Made by a program: the position numbers and the translations under genes. A DNA stretch of 64,000 bases from Paragordius varius (taxonomy: Eukaryota; Animalia; Nematomorpha): the NCBI GenBank assembly GCA_964247055.1, contig OZ176054.1, positions 1,364,001 to 1,428,000 of the forward strand. The letters are read 5' to 3'. Below, piece by piece: positions 12,701 to 25,000 of this stretch. The notes beneath the pieces are model-generated. The model saw nothing but the letters and a program-made list of their open reading frames with translations, was not told where the DNA came from and did not search any database. The number at the start of each line of letters is the position of its first letter. Positions within the stretch are counted from its first letter, which is position 1.

Positions 12701-15700
12701 TTACCAAAACTAGACCTGGTAAAATATTTTAAAATTTCAAAATACTAATAATTATGAACAGCCGTTTGCTTTCGTTACATGAATATATTTTTTTATGACG
12801 TTCATTTTTTCCGGATTCTAAGCAACATAACAAAAAATATTTACTTTGATTTCCACAACTAATTTAACAAAATCAAATATTACATACCATATAAGGTAAT
12901 ACATATCCACCAATCTCCACATCTTTCACCATCAATCTACTCGTGGCATAAGCGATTGGGAATAATCTAAAGGAATAATAATTCATCTAAGAAAGGAAAC
13001 TTTTATAAAGAAGTACAAATTAGGAGCCATTATTACAAGTTTAACAATTGTATCTCATATAAATAAACTTTCAATCAGGATATCATAATCTAACTATACC
13101 GAAACGTTTCTTTTAAACAAGCCTTGAGATAAACGAATTGAGCTAAGACATCGGGATTGAAAGTTGGATTTTCCTCTGGTATTATGTTCATAATCTCTTT
13201 ATATAATATTTGTTGTTTTTCTTGGTTCCGTGCCAAACAATACAATAACCAAAGCATGGTATTAGTGGTCTGTAAAGTTTATACAAAACATAAATTGATA
13301 TTTGTTAGTAACCATAAAAGATAATTATGAGAATTAAAACCAAATCATCACATACCGTTTCAATAGATCCCATCATCATGTCAATGATTGTAAAGTTTAT
13401 TTCGTCTTGAGAAAGATGTGGTTGTTTCATAAGATGAGCCAAAAGCGATGTATTCATTCTAGCTTCTGGTGTTTCCAAAAACTAAATAATAAAATATTAA
13501 TTATTCATTAAGAAGGCAAATTAAAATACAGTATAATTAAAATAATTAACTCCAAATCTATAAATGGGAAATTTCAGTATCATCTTGATAAAATTGTATA
13601 AACATACTTTTTGTACAAAGTAATGACCCATGGCAACCATGTTATCAGCGTACGCTGAATGTGTCTTCCAAGACGGAGTTGGGATTAATTTGTATATGGG
13701 TGCACCAAAAATCATAGGATGCATTGTTCTAAAATAACCGACTGTGCTCTCTACAAAAAGATTCGCTTGTGGACGAGGTGGGGTATCCAAACATCCTATA
13801 CGATCTTCATAGATGAATGTGCACAGGGCTATTATCAAAAAAACAAGCATATATTTTTATTTTTTCAACTCGTGATATAAATATGTTGGTTATTTTTACA
13901 TTCAAGACTCCATTTGCAAATCTCAAGGTCCAGTCCTTCAGCAATCCCCTTTTTATTTCTAATATATTGAATTCGCTCAATCAGACTATCAGCCACATCG
14001 GACATCCAGGGTATATATGTTTCAACATCCTTGATTCTTGTCATTTTTCTCCCCAAAATAACGCGATTAGCTCGCCATTCCTCCCCTTGTCTAAATAAAA
14101 AAGTTGTCATAAATATCTTGACTTTCAAGTAATAAGTTTAAATTCATTATAAATGGGGAAGATACAAAAAATAGTATATATGGTGTATTGAAGGGCAACT
14201 ATGCAGATTATATTTGAAAAATGCAACTGAGATGCGCGGCCAAAATTTGAAGGTGGCTGATATTAATGTGGTGAATATGATTTGAAAAGTATTGAGTTTT
14301 TGTTTAAAATGATTGAGATAATATAGAATATTTAACTATTGTAAAAATATGGTCATAAGGGTATTTAAGAACGGAGATTTTGTAAAATTAGTTTATTTTA
14401 TAACATTTACTCGGTATTCATAAAGTAAGTTTTAATGATATTGTTAATTCGATACAAATATTTTTTATTCAAATATTCAGTTGTTTTCCAATATCATTTT
14501 TATATTAACGTATTCATTATATATAAATCATTGTATCTAATAATTTATTGTTCAGTGTAAATAGATTCCAACACTGTATAAAAACTACTGTATACAAACT
14601 CGCCTTTAAAAATCTAGCCAAATTAAATATAAAATTAATTTTATGTTAAAAATCGAATTTTTGTTTCACTTTAATAAATTAATTGAAACAAATCCATATT
14701 AAGTTTAATGTATTTATTATGAGTTTGTCTTAAATAGGGCTTCTCAAGTACAAATTCTTATATTCGTGAGGATATAATTAAAAAGTATTTGGATATATGA
14801 TATTTAAACGTGGATACCAATTTACAGGTAATAATTAAAATGATTATTTATATAATAAATTTAGGGTTTAATATTTCCAGCTTTATAAATTAAGATAACC
14901 TTTTACTCAATTATAAATATGGATCCATTTTTAAATATTAAACAAAATTAATCTTCAATAACCTGGTTAGCTTAAAAACACACTACTTGCTATATATTTA
15001 TGAATATATTTATATGTGTACAGCTCCCAATTTAGCCACATGTAACAATAAAGACCAGAAGTCATCCATAAAAGACGATATAATATTCCAAAATTTATAT
15101 TAATACAATACAAGAAAATACATTAGATTGCCGAAATTTTTCATTTGTAAATTTTATCCTAACATATATATTTATATCCATTAATATAAACTTACGAATT
15201 GGTCATCCCTAAGGCTAAATTTCTCTGACGTCTATAATGTAGCATGGGTTCCAATTGTTTTCGATAGGGGGTCGGGCCTTCAACTTTTAAAATTTTTTCG
15301 TAAATACGAGCGCTGGTTATATACACCGATTCATTTGGACCTATACGCTCTTTATATATTGGCCCATATTCTTTTGTTCGGTCGACTTGAGCCTTAAATG
15401 AAAAAATATAATACTAAATCACGTAAGGAATCAGCAGGAGTAAAATGCATAAACGTAAGATCTTTAATCGCATATACATGTCAATATACGGATAACTTTA
15501 TCGTATATACTAGAATCAGAAATTACAAACAGCCTACAAATTAAAGTGATGATTAAATGGACTTCCAATAATATATAAAGCTAGGAACGTGTTGGCGTAT
15601 TATAATAAACATAATTTATTCACGGTAAAATTGACCTAAGCCGCTTTTATATGGAATTATGTAGATAGATTATAAATATTGATTAAAAAAACATCCAAGA

Positions 15701-16387
15701 TGTGATTATTATGCAAGCGTTTAATACTTTATAAATGGACAAATGTAATTTTTAATTAAAAAGGGACTTAATATTTATATAAACTACAAGATTAAACTAT
15801 AACTGCTTTAATAATCAGTATGCTTAAAATTTTTGATTTCAATTTAGTGTCGACTTATTAGAAAAAAGTTGAGTTTCATTGGAGAAAAGAGTTTGAAAAA
15901 GCATTGACTTTAAATGGATTAGTTTCAAAAATATATAAAAAGTTTATAGGGATTTTTATAATCAAAATATATTTATTTTAATATATTTATTTTTAAGTAG
16001 TTGATCCGTTTATATTTTCTTTAGGTTGTAACAACAATAAATATATTAGGCTTTTACAGAATACATTTTTTTAGCGAATTTGTTAATACTTTCATGAAAA
16101 TATCATACCAAAAACAATTGATTCAAATTATATTTCGAGTTTTTCGAGGTGTATTCCATCAAAGTCCCAATAAAAGGCAGACCTTTGGGTCCAGGAATCT
16201 CATCATAACTTTTAACTGTTTCTTTAGCATTGATTGTGTAATTAAAAATGTTTTCTTCGATTGGTTGTTTAGCAAGAGGTGTGCTTCTTAAATCGATCGT
16301 TGAGCTTTCAGTTGTTGCTCCTTTAAAGGGACATTGTTGTTGATTTTGACCATTTTTTATAGCCAGAGACCAGAAATGCTTTTTCAT
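7406..16387 (-). CDS. Cytochrome P450, mitochondrial clan, CYP10-like (~553 aa, 9 exons)
   Basis: Exons 16387-16109, 15392-15196, 14090-13900, 13828-13608, 13481-13356, 13269-13100, 12966-12888, 8447-8160, 7516-7406. All introns are GT-AG and phase-compatible; total 1662 nt. Motifs: SYDEIPGPKGLPFIGT, GEEWRANR (WxxxR), I-helix DMMMGSIETTTNT, K-helix ACLKETFR, EPERW, heme loop AWGHGARQCPGRRLAEQE. The WGHGAR-x-C-x-GRR-x-AEQE loop and THVQ segment resemble molluscan CYP10 as I recall it (not verified). An additional upstream exon cannot be excluded. Confidence 0.93.
8560..9719. mobile_element. Foldback-type non-autonomous element (Tc1/mariner-like ends), ~0.55-kb inverted arms, in CYP intron 7
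   Basis: Starts TA|CACTGTGTGCAAAAAA and ends TTTTGCACACAGTA|TA in TA-rich context. The left arm (~8560-9140) aligns with the reverse complement of the right arm (~9195-9719) throughout, e.g. CATTTGCCGCAAAAATTTTTATTTGTTGACAACCTAG and GTCATCTGGTTT...TATACTGTTTTATTTTGGA. No ORF. Confidence 0.87.
9719..9750. repeat. (TA)n microsatellite flanking the foldback element
   Basis: Pure TA run. Confidence 0.9.
10552..10917. mobile_element. MITE with TA target site and subterminal 21-bp tandem repeats (copy 1, complete)
   Basis: TA|TACCATTTACAGTTC...GAACTGTAAATGGTA|TA. The 21-mer TTCAAATTCACCCTTGAACAA occurs ~3x at the left end and ~4x inverted at the right end. Confidence 0.85.
11150..11790 (+). mobile_element. 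Decayed mariner transposase relic, 3' half
   Basis: LAPSDY at 11606-11623, plus remnants resembling FGxKxML, ALIEKYP and the GIHxLPERWxKCV terminus. Boundaries approximate. Confidence 0.65.
11790..12720 (+). mobile_element. Decayed mariner transposase relic
   Basis: N-terminal KKSDAEIHR-like segment, (H/Y)DNA remnant at ~12440 and YSLDLAPSDYYLF at 12498-12536 (D,D34D-type mariner motif). Many indels and stops. Confidence 0.75.
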
Positions 16388-18099
16388 TACATATTTAAAT
16401 TACATAATATAAATTTTGTTTTAGTAAATAAGCATATATTGAATTTTCTCATGCTAATTATGTGTGAGAATGACTACCAATACAATACATTACAATACAA
16501 TGCAAAAAGCCTTGGCAAGTTAAAAATTAGAATTCAAACAAATATATATATAAAGTACCTTTTTAGGAATCATAGTGAGTTTGGATGATACCATCATTAT
16601 TTATCCTTTGGAAAATATCTCAATAATAATCTATTTAAATAAAATTTTGGCTTCAGGCAAACAAATTTTTCCACAATGTGTCCATTATACGCATAGGAAT
16701 TATCATCAATATGAAACATTGTCACACGCAGAGATAACAAAAGAAGGATTAAAAAAACCAAAGCAGCTTTTAAGTTGATGGTAAATTCATATTTATGATG
16801 GATACCAAAACACAATTGTTATCTTTTTTATGTTATATTTATTTTTTTATAATATTATATGTATAAAACAAAAAACAATAAAATTATTAAAACAATAGAG
16901 TTAGTTGTGCGTAAAACCTTCCAGTAACGATATCATAAAAATTTGTTTTAAATTTTTAAATAAATTTCAAATAATTGTAAATGGTCCTAAGATAGAAGCG
17001 TTAAGTTATTTAAACAAAACTAATAAATATATAGGTTAAAATAGTTTAGTCAAATTAAATATAAATATATGCAAATTATCCATCATTTTATTGTAATTTC
17101 AGCTTTACCTTTCAAAAATTAATTTGAATGTTAAATAAATTGGCTTTTAAATAAAATTAAAAACCGTAGAAAATTTGCTTATAAACAATTTTTAGAATCC
17201 GTGTTTATATTAACACTTTGTTTACAAATTAGAAAAATCGCTCCACTACATATGGTAAACGGCAGTGGTGCCCAGTCCTGGCTTCACGGACAAATGTCGA
17301 TTAAAATAAACAATGGGCCTTATATATATATTTTAACAAAGCCACATATTGATAATTCAAACATGAACCTTCATTACACAAATACCAAATATCCATTTTT
17401 GTGATTTAGCTACTCCGTATTCAGATAAAATTTTGGATTAAAAACTGGACACGTAGGATTTTTCAACCAAGCAAATATCTAGTATTACATTAGCAGCAAA
17501 ATTCATTACTCATTTAAAAAAATTTTGACACACAATTCCCGAATAAAATATTAGAAGATTTAAGAAATCGACACATATTCTCTAATCATATTTGTCAATG
17601 GCTTTAAAAATTTTAGCAGAGTTGGTAGTAGTCGATGGTGTATATAAATAAGAAATTAATAGGCAAAATTATTCTATTAACGCATTTAAAAAATTTGTTT
17701 TCATAAATAATTCTGAGTTCAATGTTTTTATTGTTTTCAACTGTTTAAATAATAAAATATACTATTTTGTAATGTTCAAATTTTGCGGGTCACTCAAAAC
17801 GGAGAGCCACGCTATATAGCTTAGATTTATGCAACCATTTGCATTATAAAAGAAATAATCAAATTTAAACTGTAAGAGGAATGAATAAACAGAAACACTG
17901 GAAAAAAACATGCACATTCAACGGCATCCCTTGAAAACGACCGCTTATTAATAGAATAATTATATTAGTTTCTGTGCAAAAAAGTTTTTTATCTTGATAA
18001 CCGCTAAGTTTAGGCATTCCTGATAATATTAAATTAATAAAAAATATTTTTTTATTTGAACTACTAGCGTGATATTTACTTGGGGGAAAATGGATTTAA

Positions 18100-21000
18100 A
18101 AAAAAATTATTTTTGTGGATTTTTTTTTAAAAAAAGGGATTTTACGGGGGGAGCGGGTAAAAAGAGGGCCTAAATCAAAAAAGTGAGTCGTCTATGTTCG
18201 GCGCTATTAAAAACAAGTAGAAAAACATATTTGAAATCGAATGATCCAACACGTTCTCAGGAAAATTGTTTCAACCTGTTTTTTACATGGGGTAGGCCCG
18301 AACTGGGGGCCTAATTCCAAAAAAGGGCGAAGCTATTGTCGGGACATTCATTAATGATTATATTTTTTCGATGTTTGGATTTGAATGGGTTACGGGTTTC
18401 CGGAAACAGATCACAAAGTTACATGGGGAATCAGTTTTTAGCGGGTAGCTTCTTACCCAGCAGCTATCATCAAAGAAACGCCCTAAAGTTTTTGCCTTTT
18501 AACAGGGAATACGTGGAATCTATATTAAATTTTTACGCTCTCATACCTAGGGCAAAAAATAGATTTATTGTGGACTTTGTTTTTTAAAAAATGGCTTTTT
18601 ACGGAGGGAGCGGGTAAAAAGAGGGCCTAAATTAAAAAAGTAGAGGGCTATGTTCGGCGCAATCGAAAATAAGTAAACAAAAATCATATTCGAAATTGAA
18701 TGATCCAACACGTTCTCCGGAAAATTGGCTCAGCCTGTTTTTTACACGGTAGGCCCGAACTGGGGGCCTAATTTAAAAAAGGACGAAGATATTGTCGGAG
18801 CATTCATTAATGATTATATTTTTTCGATGTTTATATTTGATTGGGTTCACCGGTTTTCCGGAAACAGATCACAAAGTTACATGAGGAATCAGTTTTTAGC
18901 GGGTAGCTTCTTACCCAGCAGCTATCAGTGAAAAAACGCCTGACTAAAATTTTTGCCTTTTAACAGGGAATAAGTGGAATCCATCTCATACCTAGGGCGA
19001 AAAATAGATTTAAAAAATTATTTTTGTGGACTTTGTTTTTTGAAAAAGGTGGCATTTTACGGGGGGAGAGGGTAAAAAGAGGGCCTAAATTAAAAAAGCG
19101 AGACGACTATGTTCGGCGAAATCGAAAATAAGTAAACAAAAATCATATTTGAAATTGAATGGTTCAACACGTTCTCCGGAAAATTGTCTCAAAGACACGG
19201 TTTTTGTAAACTTCTGTTTTCAAAAAACCGTTTTTCACATGGGGTAGGCCGAACTGGGCGCCTATTTCAAAAAAAGGCCAAGCTATTGTCGGGGCATTCA
19301 TTATTGATTATATTTTTTCTGTTTAGATTTGAATGGGTCTTTTTCGGGTACCATATCACAAAGCCGGTATTTTTCACTTTTATAAAATATAGATTGTCCT
19401 ATCCCACCCTTCGAGATATATCACAGAGCGAACGATTGGAATAAAACTAAAAAATATTAAAACATTACAAAAAAACAGGATAAAATTTCTGTTCCTAGAA
19501 GTTTAGAGTTAGTATCGCTTAGTGTAAATATTATGATTTGTTGTGTGGCAAATAAGACATTGATATTTTATTGCTATTTATAAACAATATTATAAATTAC
19601 TAGGTGCTAAAATTTCGAGGATAGTTCAACTCCTAAGATTTAACGTATACGATGACCAAATTTACAAAAATTTGGAAAAACAAAAGTGTAGGAGTTGAAA
19701 CGAAAAAAAAATCAATTGTTGCGTTCTTCCGATTACCATATATGGGTGAGATAATTGGAATCTTAATATATGAGCAATAAATTTTTGACTTTCCTGTGTG
19801 CTCACAGCTGAAATCAAGGGATAAAAATAAATTGTTTGTAGTCCCTTATTAAAGGAAAAAATTATATTATAAAAATACGAGAAATGTATTTAAGAAACTC
19901 GTATGGCTTCTTAATTTTTTTGAAACTTATCTCCAAAACTACGCCATTTTTGTATGGCGTCTCAGTTTTAAACCGTTAGACTTCTACCCATAGACCCATA
20001 TGGAAAAATCGCTGAGTTAAATTCTTTGCCTTTATACGGCAAATATTTGGAATAATCTTTGATACCATTGCCTTATGCTATTCGCGAAACACCTCAATAC
20101 TAAATTATCGTTATATGATGGGGAATTTTAGGGGCTTAAAGACCCCAAATACGGCTAATAAAAACACCCGACCTTAATTTATATCTAGTTACGGTTAATA
20201 TTTCCAGCTAATGAGCTCGTATTCATTTTTCTGTAAATTAGTTTAAAAACAATGCAATTCTTATATAGTGACGCAGTTTTTGCCGGGTAGCTCCCTACCC
20301 ACAGCTGGTAAAAGGTTGAACAAATTTTGCCTTAATTGAGGGGTATCTGGAATTATCATTGGTTCCATATGTTCATATCATAGGATTTCTGAAATTTGGC
20401 TTTAAAGGCATGCTGTATCGATATGGTGAGGTTTTACGCGGGTAGCCCCCAACCAGAATTGAAACAAAAAAATACTCGATTAAAATTTTTGCCTCTATTC
20501 GGGTGATGTGGAATCATGATTGATTCCATATGCTATCGTGGAATTTTCGAAAAATTGCCTCGAAACCAAAAAGCATTCTATGATGGCGCATTTTTTAGGG
20601 AGGGCCTAATTAACAGCTAATTTAAAAAAACCGCTCGACTTAATTGTCTTTTTACGATTCAGGCCCTTAGTAAACTTATGTGGCATGATAAATTCTGAAA
20701 ATTTACTCCTAAACAATGCAATTTCGATATAGTGATGCAGCTTTAGGCGGGTAGCTCCCTACCCAGAGGCTAAAAAAAGCGCTTGATTAAAATTTTTTTA
20801 CGGAGAATACCTGGAATCATGATTGATTCCATATGCTCCATAGTTTTTGGAAACATTGCCTAACTAAAATTCTATGGTGGCGCATCTTAGAGGAAGTGGG
20901 CATAATTAACGGCTAATTCTAATAAACCGTACGACCCAAGTTTTTGCCTTTATGGGTAATATTTTAATTACCTAGAACTCATATGGCCTGATTGGTTTTC

Positions 21001-21505
21001 TGAAACCTAACCCCAAAGACACGCTATTTTGATATGAGGGGTCAGTTTTTAGCGGGTATCTCCTTACCCAATAGCCAACATAAAAAAACGCAGGACTAAA
21101 ATTTTTACTTTTTAACAGGGAAAACCTGGATTCCTCGTTGATTTTTACGGTCACATACCTTGGGCGAAAAATAGATTCAAAATTTTTTGTGGACAGTTTC
21201 TTTGAAAAAAATGACATTTTACGGGGAAGCGGGTAAACAGAGAACCTAAATTAAAAAAAGTCAGCCGACTATGTTCGGCGCAATCGAAAAAAATTTAAAT
21301 AAAAATAATATTTGACGAATGGTCTAACATGTTTTCCGGAAAATTGTCTCAAAGACACTATTTTTGTGGACTTCTGTTTTATAAAAAAAGTTTGAAGCTA
21401 TTGTCGGGGCATTCATTAATGATTATTGTTTCGACATTTGGATTTAAATGGGTATACTGTTTTCCGGAAACAGATCACAAAGCCAGCATTTTCTATTTTT
21501 ATAAA
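18100..21505. repeat. Satellite-like array: ~150-bp diverged monomers organised as ~458-bp higher-order units, in two blocks
   Basis: The ACGGGGGGAGCGGGTAAAAAGAGGGCCTAAAT motif recurs at 18144, 18601, 19059 (period 457-458) and 21221. GCGGGTAGC-like motifs recur at ~18441, 18899, 20283, 20438, 20747 and 21051. Both blocks end in a similar CACAAAGCC...TTTTATAAA-ATATA sequence (~19340-19385 and ~21475-21505). Confidence 0.85.
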
Positions 21506-22064
21506 TATATGGATTCCATAATATGATGTGAACAAACTTTAATTATTAGACACTTAGTATATTCTATATAATTATACATTACCCTAATCAATGTTTTGCC
21601 AAAAAGATTATGATTAATGATATGTAAAAATAACTAGCATTCACCAAAGTTTTAGCATAATTCGCGCTAATTTTGCATTTTCAACACGAAGGAATTATCA
21701 GAAAATTAAATTTAGCTTTCTTAAATGACTTGTAGGCACAAACGACCATTATACAATATTTATTTCTCAGAATAAATATTTGTTACCACATGTGTGCGCT
21801 ATTTCATGAGGGCACTAAAATATTCATTACAGTTATAACAATATATTATTGTTTATTTTATTATTATATTTACGATAAAATTGATATAATTCAGACAAAT
21901 TTTATATAAAATATATGGCAACTATTCTACAATTCTCTATTGATATTATAATTATTTATAATTAGAAATGAATAAACAATTATCAAGTTGCATTATATTA
22001 TTTAAACCGGTATTTACTTCAGATACTTTCATGTGCTAAGTGTGAATTCTGAAATAACTCAAAA

Positions 22065-25000
22065 TTATAATTCGCTTTTAAAACGTTTCGTTTTTATTGT
22101 GGTTGCAGTGTTGGGGATAGGATCACTTATTTTGCTTGAATAGATACTTTGATTTTTTTGTATTTCCGCCGCCTTCTTACATCGAGAATCAGATGGAATT
22201 TTCAAATCACGATCCCTATCACATTTTCCATGTATAGATGGATTAATGTAATTTTGCGCTTTGCTTTGATAGTGAGATATGCTGTCTATATACAAAAAAT
22301 AGATAAATTTACCAATAGGTGGATGACCTATTTTAAGTATCGGGTAAAAATAATATATTTAAAAAGGACCATAATATAATACCATATTTTTATTATTTGA
22401 TTAAACTTTATTTTGCACCTAATATATTATATAAAATTGATTTTGATATATATATATATATATATATTTTGAAAATAAAATGGCCTTGTCATGCATAGAC
22501 CAGGGCTATTCAGGTCAAAAAAACTAGAAACAGATCAATATTTCATAATTTGCATAAACGAAATTATTATTTTAATAATAACCGGCAGTTTCACATTGAA
22601 CCCATACAAAAAATAAATTATATGCAATTTTAATATATAAAAAATTTTAGCCATCAAGACTGTAAACCTTGCGTTTTCGCAGCCCATAATTAAGCAAAAT
22701 GTCAAATCTCAAATTTTAAAAATTTGTATGTGTCCAAACAAAAAATATTATTTTTAGATATTGTTATTGCTTAATAAAGAGCATTTACAATATTTATCAT
22801 TCTATGCTAGTATAATTTAATAATTTTTGTTTGATGTTTACAATACAGAATTTATATCGAATGCCTAAACTTATATTATTTTGTCCTGGGATTTAGGGAA
22901 CAAAAATTTGAGATTTGGAATAAAATCCGGGGTGGTATTTAAAATATCTAAATTTTAATCCTTATTGGTTCCTAAAAAGAAAAAATGAATTAGTTTTTAA
23001 CGTTAGGACTAAAACCATGGTGTTTGTTTTAAATCAGAAGCACGTTAATTTCTAATTATGGGAACTAGGTCTCAGGGGTTATTAAGCCGTCGCTGGCTGC
23101 TTTTGAGTTTTTTTTTCTTTAAAGAAAAAATAAAACATTTATTTGTTTAAAAAAGGGGGCGTCAATCCTGTGCATAATAAAAAGAATGATTGAATATATA
23201 ATTTTGTACCCTATACAAACATAACTTATATGCCTGAATAAATATCACACGACAGCTCAAAGCCCTTCAGTTTTTGCCAATGTTGGCTTGTATAAATGAT
23301 TTATAAAAAAACACATATCCAAACCTACCTCTATCATTGTAATACAGATGTTGTATATCATTTGAGTGAGAAGTGTTTGGACTATCATTGAATTTCGTTT
23401 GAATCATTGTGTCCTGAATAAGTAAAGCTTGGTGTCTTTTAACTGTGATGGCAAGGACAGAAGCACCGACAATCGTGAGAATTAGTGTGAGAAAAAGTCC
23501 AGTGGCTAACCCACTCTTGGAAATACATTTCAGTTCTGGAATGTCTGGAAGATCAATTGCTTCCCCAGAATCGTATTCATTGTAATATGTGTGGTGTGAT
23601 GTTTGGTTTTTGTAGGGATGAGTTTTATTTAATATAGCAATTGTACTACTGTCTGGTATATGGGTAATGTATTGAGTTATCTTTTTATAAATTCTTGGTG
23701 GTGCAGTATGAGTTTTGTTTGTGGCATTCGCATGTGTATTTTCAAGCACCTCTATTGTATCATGGGCAAAATCTTCCATTGACATTTGAAGGTTGTCAGT
23801 ATCCTCTAAAATTAACGTATATATTTATGCTAGTCTTCAATTGCATATAAAAACCGTTTTATATAGAAAGAAAATAAAATTTATATATATATATATATAT
23901 ATATATAATAATATTTGTTCAATCTAAGGTCTTATATAAAATGGTTTATTTTTTTCATATTGGCAATTCGATTACAATAAATTAAAGTATTTGTTTTAAA
24001 GCATTTGATAAGTGAGCAAGGAATATATTTTTCTGTAATATACTGGTATATTTTCAGTTAAAAATTTGATGAAAATTTTATTTTGATAAATACCCCATTC
24101 ATCTCTTGTTTCGTAACCGTCCATCAATTGATCAATGTTAAAAGGCACGTTTGATGGTTCAATAATTTTCATGAGCTTACTCTCAACCTCTTCTACCAAG
24201 GAATCTCTGTTAGCATTTCCGTTTTCATCCAATTTCTTTTGAGACGGAGTTAAAATACTTCGCCGGAATCTTCGCACTTCATTACGATTATGGGATAAGG
24301 ATTCGTTTTGGCAATCAACCTAAAAAATGATGGTATTTGTTATAATATCAGTAATAATTAAATCGCCGCCCTAAAAGTGCGTGCTTTTATGGCTCCCTAT
24401 TTCATTTAATTTTTGATAAACTTATTTAATAAAGTAATATGTGCATGTGTTAAATAGCTATGCAAATTTCGTCGGTTATTATATGGTTCACGGCTCTTGA
24501 CGGAAAGGAAATAATTTGGCCCTTCTAAATTTTTGGTGAATACCACTCGTGTAGTACGGATATGATAATTAATATGACATACATTTCAAAAATATTTATT
24601 TGCTAAAGAAAATAATATAATTAAGTTGTAGTATATAAACTTAAAATACATAATTATCACTAAATTATTAATGAATTGAGCCAAAAGTAAGAACCATACA
24701 AAATACAAAACCAATATTGATGACAATTTATAGAGAAAAAAATACTTTTTCACAAGGTCCCATACATATTTTCACGTCACATTTGAAACGCATGTAGATA
24801 GATGAGGGGAACTTGAAAGCACTAAACGTTGCAAATATACTTCCATCCTCAGGGTTCGCTTGGAAGTTTTGGAAAAGTTTGAGATCAGTGGAACAGCCCC
24901 GTTCATCGACCAATTGATATTCCCATTCCTCAGTTATCGTTTTCGCTACGCAATTCCTTGCCATCATTCCAAACGTGAAATCAGATGGAACTCTTTCACC

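Noticed and set aside
19700-19800. LPYMGEIIGIL-like stretch resembling the Penelope RT/GIY-YIG linker
   Set aside because: Too short, with no flanking RT or GIY-YIG motifs; could be chance.
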